A DNA stretch of 64,000 bases from Dudresnaya verticillata (GCA_977862235.1 OZ374557.1:3038001-3102000); one strand, 5' to 3'; counted from the first letter of the stretch, positions 24,103 to 37,497 are shown. Made by a program: numbers and translations. Notes: generated from the letters alone by a model not told the origin.

Positions 24103-26368
24103 GTGGGGCTGCAACTCAATCGTTGGTGTATTGGGAGAACAATGGTTGGAGCTGGACAGTCACCGCCGCCTATGACCAAAAGGGAGGGACGGAAAAGAAG
24201 TCGTGTAGACGAGCAGGCCGCGCTCGATAGAGATTATATGGGTATCAGCGAGTCCTCCGATGAAGATTTTATGCTGCCGCCGGAAAGCGATGGCGAGGGA
24301 GGCGGCTGTAACATAGGTTCTGGCAAGCACGCGGGTGAGTCTGGCGACGACTCGTTGCAGCTGCGCCCCATCACGCGTGCCGAGCTTAATAACCAAACAG
24401 TGCAGCTCAGAGCGAGTGGACAACTAAATGCTTCAGCTTGCACAGCTCTGCTACACAGTTACATTGGAATCTACAAAGAAGGAAACCTCGGCGTGAAGGA
24501 GATTGATGTCTGCCAACATTTCAGCAGGTACATGCACAGTTGGTCTGGTATTGAGTTTACGAAGCCGCCCTGGGAGCCAAATTATCTTCCAGAAAACTCC
24601 TCACGCAGGGAGAGGGATGCCTTCTTAGCACGCCTTCTGGTAGGGACCTCCAAAAGGATCCTTCTCACAACTATGGTGGAAACGCTGACGAGGCTGACGA
24701 GGCTGGGAACGGAAATGAGCGTGCTACTGGGTCGGGAAGCGCTGGAGATAATTCGCCGGCAGAAGAACCCGATCGGCAACATGCCCAGTCAAACCTCCGT
24801 GCAAAGCGAAAGCATACTACTGTTGAACCCAATGACGAGAACCGCATTATGGTTGAGCCCAGTGCCGAGAAGCGTTCAAACGTCGAGGGTATCACGGTTC
24901 AGAGGTTTATGCCTTCTGTAATTGAGTTATCGGATGCTGATCCCTCACCGCACGGAGAGAAGGGTTTAGATCCGTGGCCGGATGACACTGCTTGCTTATA
25001 TGCAGAAGGGCGGACCATGATGACCCTGGCCGGCTTCCGCGTGTTCCATGCCTACCCTGCTCTCATGTTGTGTGACGAGGGTATGCTCATGGGCATGGGA
25101 TGAATTGCGGTGCTGAAGGGAAAGCTTGCGGCTGCGGAATCTCAGTAGTCGACGTATCTTTGCCGCGACACATTCCACAGCTCCGATCTCATTACAAGAT
25201 TTGCAAAGGGGAAAGGTAGCCATCTTGAGACATTCGAGGCATTCTGCCGCGCGGGAAAACATTTACCGTGTCCATCTGAGAGTAGTTGGTTTGTGTACCT
25301 GTTTTACATTCCGGAATCAAAACATTGGACGTTTATCGCTCTTCGCGACTTGTTGCTCGCTTTCAAGGCACTTTTGAAGCGAATTAAGGAAGGGAAATCA
25401 ATCGATGTCGCTAATTACGATGTCGTTCATGCATTGGAGTTAAAGGAGCCCCACTTATTCTACATTGACAGCCTTACCGGCAACATCTCCGTATCTATGT
25501 TCAGAAGAGTTGTTGGTTTCGTTGTTATGTTGTTCGCAAGATTTCTGAAAAAAGAGGCCGGGCAAATTCCAACCGTTCGTCTCTTCAACGATGCGCGTGA
25601 GCAATTAAGCTTGTTCTTCAGGGAGTTAGGAGTGGCGATTGATGGCCCACGTCAGTCTGACGCAGTGTTATGTTGTTTCTATGTATTGATACACTGTTTA
25701 AAGTCCTGTGAAAAGGGTTACTTTAAGAAACGCTCTGGAAGCGCTGTCGCGAAGATCTCGTCCCCAGTTAAGTGCAGGAAGGAGGGAGCCGGATTAAAGA
25801 AGTTCTCTATCAAGAAGATTTCCGCTGCTTCCTTATTCAGCAAGAGCGACGTCGACGCGACCAGAGATCTAATCTTCAATTGGCTTGAGACACAGATAAA
25901 AAAGGGCTTTCGGAGCCTGAGGTCGGTCTGCATGGGAAAGGGAAGGGTGATGGTAAGCAGGATGAAAAGGAAGGACCAGGGAAAGACGTGAGCAGTGTCA
26001 AGGGGCAGAACGGGAGTAGCGGTGTCGGCGGTTTGGCTATTAAGGTATCCGAGAAGGAAAAGTCATCTTTATTGGGGTCTGAATCCGGAGAAGACGTTAG
26101 AATAGATGTTAGCAATAAATCGGAGCCCAAGGACGCAGATAACAAGGAAGTGCGAGAGGCGGGCGGAAACCCAAACCATAGTGCGCGAGCAAGTGTACAG
26201 AAGGATGCCGCTAATGAGAAGCCCATCGCTGAAGCAGGCTCGGGAAAAGGAGAAGGAATTACAGGGTCTCCAGCGGATTCAGAGAGCACCGAACCGAGGA
26301 AGAGCAAGCGCTTGAAGGGGAAGGGGCTGCGGATGAAACGTCTTCGAAGTAAGCCGCAGGAACCTTGA
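24103..26368 (+). pseudogene. Ulp1/C48 SUMO-protease-like gene (fragmented, possibly with an intron near 25081-25180)
   Basis: LMLCDE (WLNDE-like), ESKHWTFIAL (catalytic His), FYIDSL (Asp), PRQSDAVLCCFYVL (oxyanion Gln, Cys) in 25293-25991; disordered N- and C-terminal ORFs flank it. Confidence 0.75.
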
Positions 26369-26876
26369 AGCGACCGACTTAGTACCTTTGTTGAAGTAGC
26401 ATTCTCAACTTGAAAATGTTCGTGCAGGTTATTACTTTGTGTAGCTAGCTGCAGCTAGCTTTGTAAATATGATGTGTTGTGTGTCAATACCAATGAACTG
26501 CGTAAAGAAGAGGCGGACATTAGCGTCGATGATGGAGGCTAATGGAGACTGTAAAATGGCGTAGACAACTTTACTGAGTTCGTAGGTAGTACAAACTAGC
26601 TGAGAAGACGCAGTGGGGGCCGGGGACGCGGAACCCATTCTCTAACGACGTACAGTAGCGAGCTTACCGCGCGCAAAACGGTCATGGCCGTTAGTGAAAA
26701 TGAAAGCTCTTGTTGTATTATTGTCGAATGTATGGCTAGAATAAAATGTCCTTTGCTGGTGTGAAACACAGAGACGTTGGTCAAACTGACTCTCCTGGTG
26801 TGTTTAGCATTTATAGTACTTGTTCAGGTTATTAGACGTGGATCTTCGAGAATATTGAAACATAACATGGGCAATT

Positions 26877-27050
26877 GTTCTCATAATGTTGGAAGCATTA
26901 GTTAATAAAAAATGCTTTGGAATAGTATAAGTACAATACTTGTGTTTTAGGTGAAATGTGACATTGATAAATATGTTCATAATGTTGGAAATATTAGTAA
27001 ATGATAACTATTGATTTAGAATATTACAAGTACAATATCTGTGTTATAGA
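26877..27050. repeat. AT-rich degenerate tandem repeat, two ~95-100-bp units
   Basis: CATAATGTTGGAA...ATTAGT...AAGTACAATA...TGTGTT occurs twice. Confidence 0.7.
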
Positions 27051-27179
27051 CATTAAAGATACCGTTTGCATGTTTGTAACATAGAAAAATTGCCAATAAT
27101 GGCTGAAACATACAAATCGGGAACTGCGGCGTTAGAAACACAGAAAATATATTTCTGGAAGTATAATCGCTATTGCCAT

Positions 27180-28367
27180 TGTTATAGTGATTTAAACAGT
27201 GCAACTTTTCTATCGGTGGCATTGAAGCATAGGAGCCTACATGGAGGACTGCAATAGAGCCGCACTCGGTAGAAAGTGTTCCCTGGGTCGCTATCTCCGT
27301 CGAAGGCTCCTACGGAGGCTCTCAAATAGGATTCTTCTGTCACGCGTGGGTGCCTGTGCGAGGCTCGGGCGAACGTGACAAAGACGCAGCGTTGTTCCAC
27401 AAGTTCCACAGCCATTACAGTTGGATTGCAGTAGCATTACAGAATCGCACGCTGGCACGGGGGCGCCCTTGCCTCAGCGCTCTGCTTCGCCCGCTGCGGT
27501 TGCACACCCGCTGCGTTGTGCGTTGCACAGCGCGTGGAGCTACCCCTCATATGCTGAATGGCCGACAGGTCCAAAGGGAGGTGTTGTTTCAAGCTCATTT
27601 AGGTGGGCAACTCGAACGACAATTTGTTATCATAACGAGGTGGAGCGCCAAGCGAGCCGTCCCCTGTTGATTCTCCTGTTGCAGGGGTTGCAATCAAGTC
27701 CCTCCCTAGACCGCCCATTGGCCTAACCAGCTTCGTCCCCAGCTAATAAAGGCCTCCCATTGGCGTCCATGCTTTCCTCCCCAGCTAGTTGACTGACCTC
27801 TCAGCCAATCAGAAGCTTTAGATCCGTTTCGTCGCCAGCTAACCAATTGAAGAAATACCGGAGGCCGGAACATCCGGGGTTGGGGCCCCCAATGCGGCGA
27901 TATATGCGCTGGATGTCGATTTGGACCCATCTGTGTCGCAGAGTCGCACTGTAAGATGCCACAAGATTCCTTACAGTGCTCCCGCCGTCGACGACCATGT
28001 AGTAGAATGGCTTTCAAGCCAGAGTAGACGGCCACACAGCACGACAGCTGTCCTGAAAGCGTGATCCCACTCGCGTGGTTGGTAGCTCCAAAAGGTGTGG
28101 TAGAGACTTGAGAGGGCTGCAAGCCCTGCAAAAGAGGGGAAAAGGGAAGGCGAACCGTACTGTTTAGAGCAGTCGTCGTATGTAGCACGGCTTGTAAACG
28201 CCTAACGGGGTTGTAGTGGTGATACCGTGAGAGTCCCACAACGGGGAAAAACCCCAAGGCACAAACCGCTGTGCGTTTAGTGCGGGGCCCCTGATACTCA
28301 GGGGCCTAACAAATACGGCGGGAGCCGGGAATATACTACCCGCTCAGTTAGAGCCATAATGCTAACA
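27180..28367 (-). repeat. Probable LTR (no TSD), related to 61772-~62150
   Basis: TGTTA...TAACA termini; reverse complement of ~28000-28367 aligns with 61772-~62150. Left boundary less certain. Confidence 0.6.
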
Positions 28368-30611
28368 GTGAGCTAACTGTGCGCGTGCCACGATGGCATT
28401 CGCATTACACTGTGCACCCGATACGAAATCTCTGACACCTTCGTGACTTTCCCGTTGTTTCCCACGCATAACGGCACCGGGGCCCACGAGACACGCGCAC
28501 CTCCGTATGCATCGCTGGCGCACTTCGCAACCGCCACCATACGTGAGGCGACCGTTCGTTGGCACCGAGGCCGTTACGAATCATTCGAGTACGAACCGTC
28601 TCCCGAGTTGACGTGCATTCGTGCTCACGTAGTATTACTTAGCCAGTCGTCTGGCACAACCTCCGAGGGTTTCCGATAAGCGACTAGCGCCCGGACCTCG
28701 GAGTCTTCGGTAAACGCCTGTTTCTTCGAGTTCGGTGTCTTCGTCTTCGTGACCGCGGATACGGTCGAGCCTCGCTTTCGGTAGCCCCGCGCACCCGGAG
28801 TCATCCCCGGTGATCGATCGCTCGAGTTCTCCCTTCCGCGCACGAATATGTTGACACCGTGGTTCTTCGTGTTGGTTGCTCCGCTCTACCACACTACCAC
28901 CCCTTTTCGTTTCTCCGTTAGGCTACGAGGCCATTCGTTAGGCTCCGAGGCCATTCCTTACAGTGCGAGACTTCCCCGTGTCACCGTGCACTTCGTTATT
29001 CCACATGTCCCACGCCTTACAGGTGTCGCATGTACACGTGGCTCCTTACAGCGCCCCAGTGTGGACATCCTTCGCGTGACTTGAGATGAAAATGGAAACG
29101 ATCCTCGTGATAACCCGCCTTACGACTCCGCGAACCCGTATGGTCACTCGTAATTGTACGTAGTGTTAGCACCGAGGCTTTTTCTTTTAGCTTCGTAGCT
29201 GCGTTGGTTCTCATTTTCCGTATCGAGCTCCTTGTTCTCGGAGCTCACGGTGGCCGGGTCTCGGTCTCGTGGTATCGTCTCGAGTAAACATTTTTCTTGC
29301 TCGACTCTTCTTTTGCCTCGTAGTGATAGTCACGTAGTTGTTGGCATCGTAGCTTGAGCTTCGTGGCTTCTCGTAAAAGAGCTTCGTGCTCAAGTGTGCG
29401 AATCTGGAACTTGTTCGTGGCGCGGCCTCGTTTTTCTCGACTCCGTGGCCTACATGATGCGTGTGACGTTGATTACGAATAAAATTACGCGTGTTTCCTT
29501 CGCGGAGTTGAGTCATCGAGACTTCGTGAGATATGCGTGCACGGTCCCCTCCTCAAGACGAAGGCGTCCGCGCCAACGTGCTTGGGGGGTGGGTTGCGGA
29601 TACGCGCTCCTCGGAGAGCTGTGCGGGTGTTGCGAGGATCGTGCAGGGCATGTCGCGTGAGCTCCGGGGCTGTGGCGGGCGAGCTGCTTCGGGGGCGCAT
29701 CGGTGCGGGCGGAACGTATGCGTAATGGGGCGCCGAGGCCATGCAAGAGGATAGCACTTGGCTACAAACGAGGACTCCGTGGTCGTGTCGAAGGCGCGTC
29801 GTAACAGGTGAGCTCCATGTCGCAAGCGAGGGGGTGAGTCGGCATCTGCGCTGCTCCGTGGCAAGCGATCATGCGAAGTTGGCGTGAGGCGCGGGTTGCG
29901 AAGACGAAGTGCGCGTTGCAGGTGGCATCGGCCTTAAAGTATGACCTAAGACACGTATGACAAGATACGTATAGTTCACCGTGTCCGTCCGTCGCGGTGT
30001 CAGCTCCTGTCATGCGAGTGCCGCGGTGCAACCGTATGCACGGATGCCAGTGTCGAATATCGCGAAGGGCGCTGAGTTCGGGCGGTGGTGGTCGACACCG
30101 CCCGACGTCGTGGAGCGCAACTTCGTGGGGGCGTTGGCTTCGTGATCGCGTATCGTTGATTCGGTGGCGTGACGTCTCCGAGGACCTCGGTGTCGTGCGG
30201 AGCGCGGCCGAGGAGTGACGCGACGAACGCAATCGGTGCGGGTCGAGCTAATCGAAGCCGACAGTCACGGAGCGTGCGGTGTCGTAGTCGACAAGCAGGC
30301 GGCCTCGAAGAGTACGGTGGTCAAGAAGAAGACTCCAACCCCCAAACGCGCTTTGTCTACTGGCGAGGATGCGGCCGCGGCCTCTGCTGAAGGCAATCAG
30401 ACAGCACGTAGAGAATCATCCAGGACGAAGAAGGTGGTTATCCAGCAGCCCGCAGAAAGAACGGACATCCCCATGGCCACACAGGACGAGCTCCAGGATA
30501 GGCAGCTTCCAGTTGAGAGCGAGTCTCCAGCTGGGCCAGCCCCGGCGGGGACCGCGGTGCACCACATGAGGTGGAGCTGGACGAGGGCAAAGAAGCTTTC
30601 AAGAAGAAGTT

Positions 30612-31294
30612 GTCCAGACCGGCACACTGCCAGCTTTGCCTGAACCGTCTACGACGCTCGATGCTCCGCCTTCTGTCATTGCGGACTGGGGTGGCTCTGA
30701 CACTGGCAACGCCATAATGACGTCACCGTCGTCGTCCGCAACGGGCGCCGCAAGGTCCAAGGGCGCAACCACGGCTACGCCGGTCGGCATCGCACTCGCC
30801 GCAAGAGGCTCCGTGGGCAACGTCGTGGACGGAGCAGCCGCTCCAGCGGAAGACTCAACCGCCATTTGCGTAGCAATAGCCGTCCCAGACGAGTTATCCA
30901 GCCTCCCTCTGGTGTGAAAAGCATCCTCTTTAGCCATCAAGGCGCTCAAATAAGGATCAAAGTCATTGACAAAGTCGCAGGTCTTACGCAAACCGCGCGG
31001 ATACCCGGCGTGAAGCGATCGGTCTTGCGATGGCGTTCCGCAATATTCTTCGTCGTACGACGCTTCGTGCAAGGGTTGAACCAAATCCAATCGCCACAGG
31101 CGGAATGAGTACGACTCATCGCGTAACGCGGATGGTTCGCCTTACGGCGGTTGTTGGCTAACGGCACGGCAACCGGGTCTTTCCAATCGATCTCCTCCGC
31201 AATAGCGTGCAGGTCCCAGAACTCCTCGGAGTTCCTGGAATCAGCAAATATTTCGACTAAGTCGAGGAACCAAGATGGGTGACCACACGCGGTG
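30612..31294 (-). pseudogene. E3 antisense accessory ORF, C-terminal part
   Basis: NRRKANHPRYAMSRTHSACGDWI and DFDPYLSALMAKEDAF...APLDLAAPVADDDGD match E1 2363-3130. Confidence 0.85.
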
Positions 31295-32065
31295 CACTAC
31301 GAAGGCGATTTTAAAATGATTCGATAATTTCCATGGTAATATCCATTATTTTTCTTGCGCCAGATTTTGCACCGGGCCCGACGGATGCGCATCATTAAAA
31401 TCCCAGATTTGCAGCATGAATATCCTTGTGCCACAGCCTCGCGCCGTTGATTTATGTTTCATTTCCCCAGCGCGTTTTGATCTCTTGTTTCTGACGGTTT
31501 GGAGCATTATCGTTCATGTTTTGATTTGTTTTCGCAATATTTCAAATTTCCCAGGCTTGGGTCATGAAAATTGCGAGTTGTTTTGCGAATCGTAATGAAT
31601 CTGGTTCAAGGGACTAATGCTTCATTTTCTTTGTCCTGCCGCTTACAACATACGTTTTGCGGTGCTGCGGCATCTCCCCAAATGACGTTCTAAAAACATC
31701 TCATTAATGCTGTAGCGCATCGCATAGGCTCGCGCTTTACTCGGCAATAATGGAACGACATGTTCCAGGAATGATGATGCGACCGCATCTTCCCACTCTA
31801 CATTTCCTTACAAAGCACGCTTTTGGTGTTTCCTTTTCTGTTGTGCGTTTCGTAGGCGACGCATGCTTCTAGCGCGACCGCGTTTAGTGCACATTGCGCA
31901 CATTCGCGGCACATTCGCATGCTGTGTGTGTGGCGCCATACCATACCCGCTGCTGTTTGTTTTCCTTTACTTTCCGTTCTTTGCTTCACTAATTCTTATG
32001 CGTCAGGCCTGACGCGTAAGCGGACGTCCGGACGATTAAACATTTGCGAGTGCTCCGTCTGACCA

Positions 32066-33695
32066 CTAGCCAATCCACTCCTTAAGCTTATCATCGTCGA
32101 GAAGAGCATTGAGCTCGTCACAAAGCGCGTCCCCTTCACAATAAAAGGAGGGGACTGTTATCACACTGCCTCCAATCGTTTGCGAGGCCCGTGAAAGGTC
32201 GGCCGACCATGCACGTGCCCTAACGGCTTGTGCGCGACTCCACGATATGTGGAACCCCCGCGGGATACGACGTGTCCCAGGACAGCGGCCGCTATCGTTA
32301 TCTTCCCGATTGGGGTCTTCGACATCTGATGGGACGCGTTTCGAGACTCCCAAAGAATGGAAGAATCTTCTATCCTCTGAAGACCACTCCCTGGAACCTC
32401 TCATTAGCACATTGCAGGCATCAACTTCATCACTCTCTTTGTCCCTAGGGCGTCTCATGCCGCGGCCGCAGCTCTTCGCAACGAACAGTGCGCAGGGTAT
32501 GCTTCGTTATCTACGGTATACTCGTATGTTCCAAGAACTCTGAGGACTCTTCCACGGGACGTGGCCACGTCCCTTGTCAACATTTGAAGGCGATCGGCTT
32601 CCCAAGATATCACTTAGCATACCAAAACTACTGAAGGACACAGAAATATCATCTCCGGACAGCGATGGGCATTGAGACAACTGAAAGGAGGGAAAAGGCC
32701 ATACCGACAGATCCATTATCATGTGCGTACTTGGCACGCCAGGTCCTGGCCAGGACCGCGAAATGCCCCACATCACAGTCCGCTGAAGCCTTGATGTATT
32801 TCTGCGCGGTATCGTTTTGAAGTTCGACATCGTCCATTGTCTCACACCCCTCCCTAATTACCCTTCCCGGCGTCAACAAACCAAGTGTAGTTCGTTCTGA
32901 GACTGGCGTTCCGTGTGAATCTGGGCCCGGCCGGCCCAGCGGCTTGTTACAAGGCGTTTGAGGTGCACATGATTCTTGCGAGGGACCCGACGCGGCCGCG
33001 CCAGGACCTCTTGAAGAACTCCTCCTTCTCTATGCCGAAGATCTTGTTCTATATGTTGTTCGCATCGTCCCTTTTCTCTTCCTACGACTCGACGTTTTCT
33101 GCAGCGCAAGGGTAAGACGAAACCGAAGATAGCACAGGACTCGCTGACAACTCTCATCCAGGCCTGGATTAATACTGAGTTCGATCCGTGCCGAGTTGCT
33201 TTGTACACGATTCTTGAGCACTTCAACCTCTGTTTTCAAACTGTAATACCTGTCGCGAAGCTTTTCCAGCTCTCCAATTGTCTTAGTATGTTGAACAGAT
33301 TCGGGACCAGTCACCGGTATTGCCTGTTCCGTGTACACGTCTGTCTGATCTTCTCTGCCACGGTTACGATCTCTTCGCGTAAACCCATCAGACGGGCCCG
33401 TCCTTTTCCTCCACGACAGCAACAGGTTGTCGTTTGTTTCCGGATCTTCCTCCCAGACCCGAAGAAGCCTACCAGCTAGTAACTCGACTTTTTCAACGGA
33501 TGGCATATAGCCGTATTGGGCGTTTGTGGCATACTCTATTGTCGCGACCGCGATCACATCTCCTTCATCAATTTCATCAACGCCGAGTACCTCAGCATCC
33601 CACCACAGCTCATCCCCATTGTCCATCCCCCAGGCGATTTTCACCCATTCGGTCGCCAGCGGTAGTGCATTCCGTTCTCTGCAGGCGTGCCTCAT
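32066..33695 (-). pseudogene. CACTA cargo gene with N-terminal Tudor/Agenet-like barrel and coiled coil
   Basis: WVKIAWGMDNGDELWWDAEVLGV...ATIEY pattern in 33030-33695; downstream fragments 32507-32879 and 32066-32458. Confidence 0.5.
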
Positions 33696-33945
33696 AATAC
33701 CAACCGCAATTGTAATAACAATTGACTCATTCTGGAGAGGGAAAAGTTGGCTTCAGAGCTCTGAAGGGACGTGTGAGGAAGCAATCATTGCCATCATGCT
33801 CGGCCGAGCTCCGAATACGCGTATACGCCCGAACGTGCACGCTGTTTCAGGCACGATCAAAGACATGCTTCACATTACTCAAATTTCATGGATTGCAGCA
33901 ATATTTTCCCTCGCTGCACAAAGTGCACCTGGACTGTCTTGTTGA

Positions 33946-36437
33946 GTGTGCTCAACATCCATGGACGTACATCAGGTCCTCGAGGTTAACCTACTGGGAC
34001 CGGTCGTTCCTGTCTTCTACTCAAAACATCTCGAGTTATTGAAGACAATATGCGCGTCACCGGGAGGAAGACTTCCGAGAGACAGCGAGAATTGCAAGCC
34101 AGTTCCTCCAAAGCTCCCAGACATTGGAAGGGGTCTTCGAAGGGAAACGGCTTGGTTGGACCTCCTCGCGAACTTGCTGACACTGCGGGAAAGAGGAAGA
34201 ATTCCGACCGGGCCTCAAAATCACAGGAACTGGAAACGCCTTCAACGGGATAGAACACACCGGGATCTGACATCATCACTCCAAGAAGTGATAGACATGG
34301 AAGAGAGCATGGTGCTGATCATAGCCCTAAGGGAAGTAAGCGGCCGCTTCTTCATGCTATTCCAGAGACGCAGCCACGACTGGGTGATGATATGTATGAT
34401 CCCACACCATCTCCGGAGTCACCTCCAACGAGGCGGAGAGCCACTCAAGCTGGAGGAGAGAACGAAGATAACCGAGGTAGTGCTGCAGAGTACCGTTCAC
34501 CCGGGGCCCGGATATTTCCCGTGGTAAAAGGAGAAAGATAGCTCTAAAGGTTCCACGGTCTGTGCCCCGAACAAACATAAGTGACGGTGTGGGTGATGAT
34601 GAAGAGATTGGCCGAAGAGAAGGTGTGGATCCGAGGTACCCGGCCCCGGGCTCGAAATGATTACCTCTTGATAGCGGGGAAGACACTCATTTGTATATCA
34701 GATACCGATCCATGTTTGGGACTGCACCGAATATGATTAAGCCTGGCCAGGCACGGATGTCCACTCAGTCTCTGGTTATGAGATACACAGCCGTGACTAA
34801 CCTCATTGAGCAGATTGATAGAAGCATCAAGCGTCATGTGGATACAATTCAAGATTTCGTCGTAAAAACGTTTTCCGAGCTGGACAATATCATGGCCGAG
34901 GTTCGAAGAGATGTGCAAGAATCCGGTCTGCGGCACAACTGAGGGGGTCCGGGCCTGGATCGTGGCCGGTAGGTGGCTCTAAGAAGACAGCTCGGGCCAT
35001 TTTGTGACGCCAAACGCGATAACGTCACACCTCATGCAAACTTGGTATTCAACCAAACAGTGGTGTGCAAAGTGCTCAGTAGTTGCGTTTCTTACTGTGT
35101 CTCAAGTGCTGTTTCAAACAATGATGATACTTGAAGGCGTCGGCCGACGCTGTTTGTTCCATCCTATTTGCGAAACAAGTTGATCAAGCCAAGAAGACGT
35201 TCAAGGAAGGCATCGGGAGAAGCTTTAGTGCGTTCCGGTACTTGGTAGTAACGAATGCAGTATAAAACGTTCAGCAGAACCGCTTCGGTCAGTTCAAGCC
35301 TCTACCTGGGATCGATTTGCCTGGAGGGCCTGGTGCCGGCCGGCCGGTCAAAGTCACCCCTCGATAACCAAAGCCGAGGAGGCGCCCGCTTCGCAGCCGT
35401 GAGGTATACAGGGCATACCCCCTGGAAACGGAGTAGCTGATGACACTATAGACCACCCCGACTGGCTCAAACCGAAGATCATTGGTGAGGAGCATATTAA
35501 GAATGCCCGAATGTTATGCGAGATACCAAGCACGAAGACGAGCGATGTGGACGGCCGTCCAACGGCACACTTAGGAGCAGAACGAGAGGTGAAAGAACGC
35601 GCTAAGACAAGTGTCGTGAAGGATATACCGACAAGTCAAGATGTTGCATACTCCGGTGCCTCGAAGATATACAAGATTGTTACAGACTGGCTCCGCGAAA
35701 GCAGGCAGAAGGCGAAGAACGCTTTGGCAGAAGACCTGATGTACCTTATGGTCAACTGAGCCCAGTTGAACTGTTCAGGTGTGGAGCCGACCACTGTGCG
35801 GGTGTGGTGGTCGACAACAGAAGCAAGTGCTGGCACATCTCTGTCTGAGGACGACTTGAACCTTGAAGAAATCCCGGAAACAACGCGGAACCTAAAGCGA
35901 ACTATTGATATTGATGTCGCCAACACAAAGTTGTACAATGGGATACTGAAAGATGGGGTTGATATGATGGTAAGCGTGTGTCATGAAGTCTTCGTGCTTC
36001 CATGCGCTGCCGGCGGCCGCCGGAGCTCCGATAGGAAATCACGGAAGAGGCAGGGTGGCGAGAAGAAACCGCTTAAGAGACTTTTCAACTTAGTTGAGGT
36101 GGCAATGAAGTTCTGTCTAGCTTTTACCCGAACCAAATCTACGGAATACTCTCCTGAAAGTTTCCTTGGGGCACATGCAAAAGCACTGCACACAGCGATG
36201 TCCATCGCTCATGTTCTGCGCCTTTTTGTAAAAACGTTTGACGCAGTTCATTTTGACGGGAGGGGGCGTTTCCGCGGCCGCGGAATAACGACGAAAGGAA
36301 TTAAGGTCGGAGCATTGGCACTGAACACATTAGTTGCAGGAAAATCTAATATGAAAAGAGTTTTGACCAGCCGAGCGTTGCGAATGACTGAGAAGGAATA
36401 CGAGATTCTCAACAATGCAGATCCTGTAGACGGCTGA
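33946..36437 (+). pseudogene. CACTA cargo gene(s), unknown function, fragmented
   Basis: Protein-like ORF pieces 34050-34540, 34691-34942, 35511-35759 and 35766-36437. Confidence 0.45.
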
Positions 36438-36692
36438 GAAGCATGTGACACCGGTGATGTATCTGGGAGAGGCCTCTCCGGAGAAATTGTTGCAAGCGAA
36501 ACGAGTGGCATCATGGAGGTATAGAAGAACAAGTGTTCATCTTTAAAGAAGTGAACTCGTACAGCCTAGGCTAAGTATTCTTGGCCTACTGTTGTACAAC
36601 GTGCAAAACAGTTAGTTGTATCTGTTAATGAAACGTGAGGACATGCGGTAAAAAGCTCCTCGCCGCCAGGTAGTAATCACTACTGAGCTCTC

Positions 36693-37446
36693 AAAAGTGG
36701 GCCCACTCCATTTCACAATGCATGCCGTCGTGCAAAAAATGAAAGCAGCAAGGAGCTAGCTCCGAAGCAGCTGCTTTAGCCTAGGCTATTGCCTGCTACA
36801 CCTGGTTGTAACCAAGCAATGTGTTAGACAGAAACTAGCTACTGTTGGCTAGCAATTGCTTCAGTTGATAACGATAGAAGTATTTCAGGTATCATTTCGA
36901 AGCCTAGGCTGGATGGGAACTGAAGTACCATGGTTGACTCCCGAAACCGCGTGGTCCCACGCGAGAGGCTTCAGATGGGAAACGCTATTGAACGATTGAT
37001 CCTCTAACTTAAGTTTTAATTGTAATGCAATAATGCAGCGAGAGTGCAAATATGAAAGCAGAAAGCAGCTATAGCTGCTGACTTATTTGAGGCAACAGCT
37101 GCTTTAGATTAGTCCATAGCCTCCAGGCGTAGGCGTGACTGTCATCTGCGGTAGCTGCTATGAAACTGAATGCGCGCGGAGCACAACATGTTGTACCTGC
37201 ACGTATAGCTGTCAATAAGAACCAGGGAAACATGTCTGCATATGTGTTAAACAGCTCCTCGCAGGCAGAGATAAAAAGTGGGCCCACTCCTTCATTATGC
37301 CGTCGTGCACAAAATGAAAGCAGCTGCTAGCAAGCAACTGCTTTAGCCCAGGCTATAGCCTGGTTGTAACCAAGCAATGTGTGCAACAAGCAGAAAGCAA
37401 CTGCTTAACAATAGGCAACAGCCTGGTTGCAACCAAGGAACGTGTT
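36693..37446. repeat. Dispersed direct repeat (~110-130 bp) between convergent CACTA genes
   Basis: AAAAGTGGGCCCACTCC...GCCGTCGTGCA...GGTTGTAACCAAGCAATGTGT at ~36693-36826 and ~37274-37383, partial third copy ~37420-37446. Confidence 0.8.
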
Positions 37447-37497
37447 AAAAAGGAGCTAGCAGCTCGCTAGCAGGTCATTATTTACATGTAAAGCTTT

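Noticed and set aside
28368..30289. Short ORFs, including a Cys/His-containing one at 29762-30232
   Set aside because: No recognisable domain and no homolog elsewhere in the window; cannot be supported as a gene.
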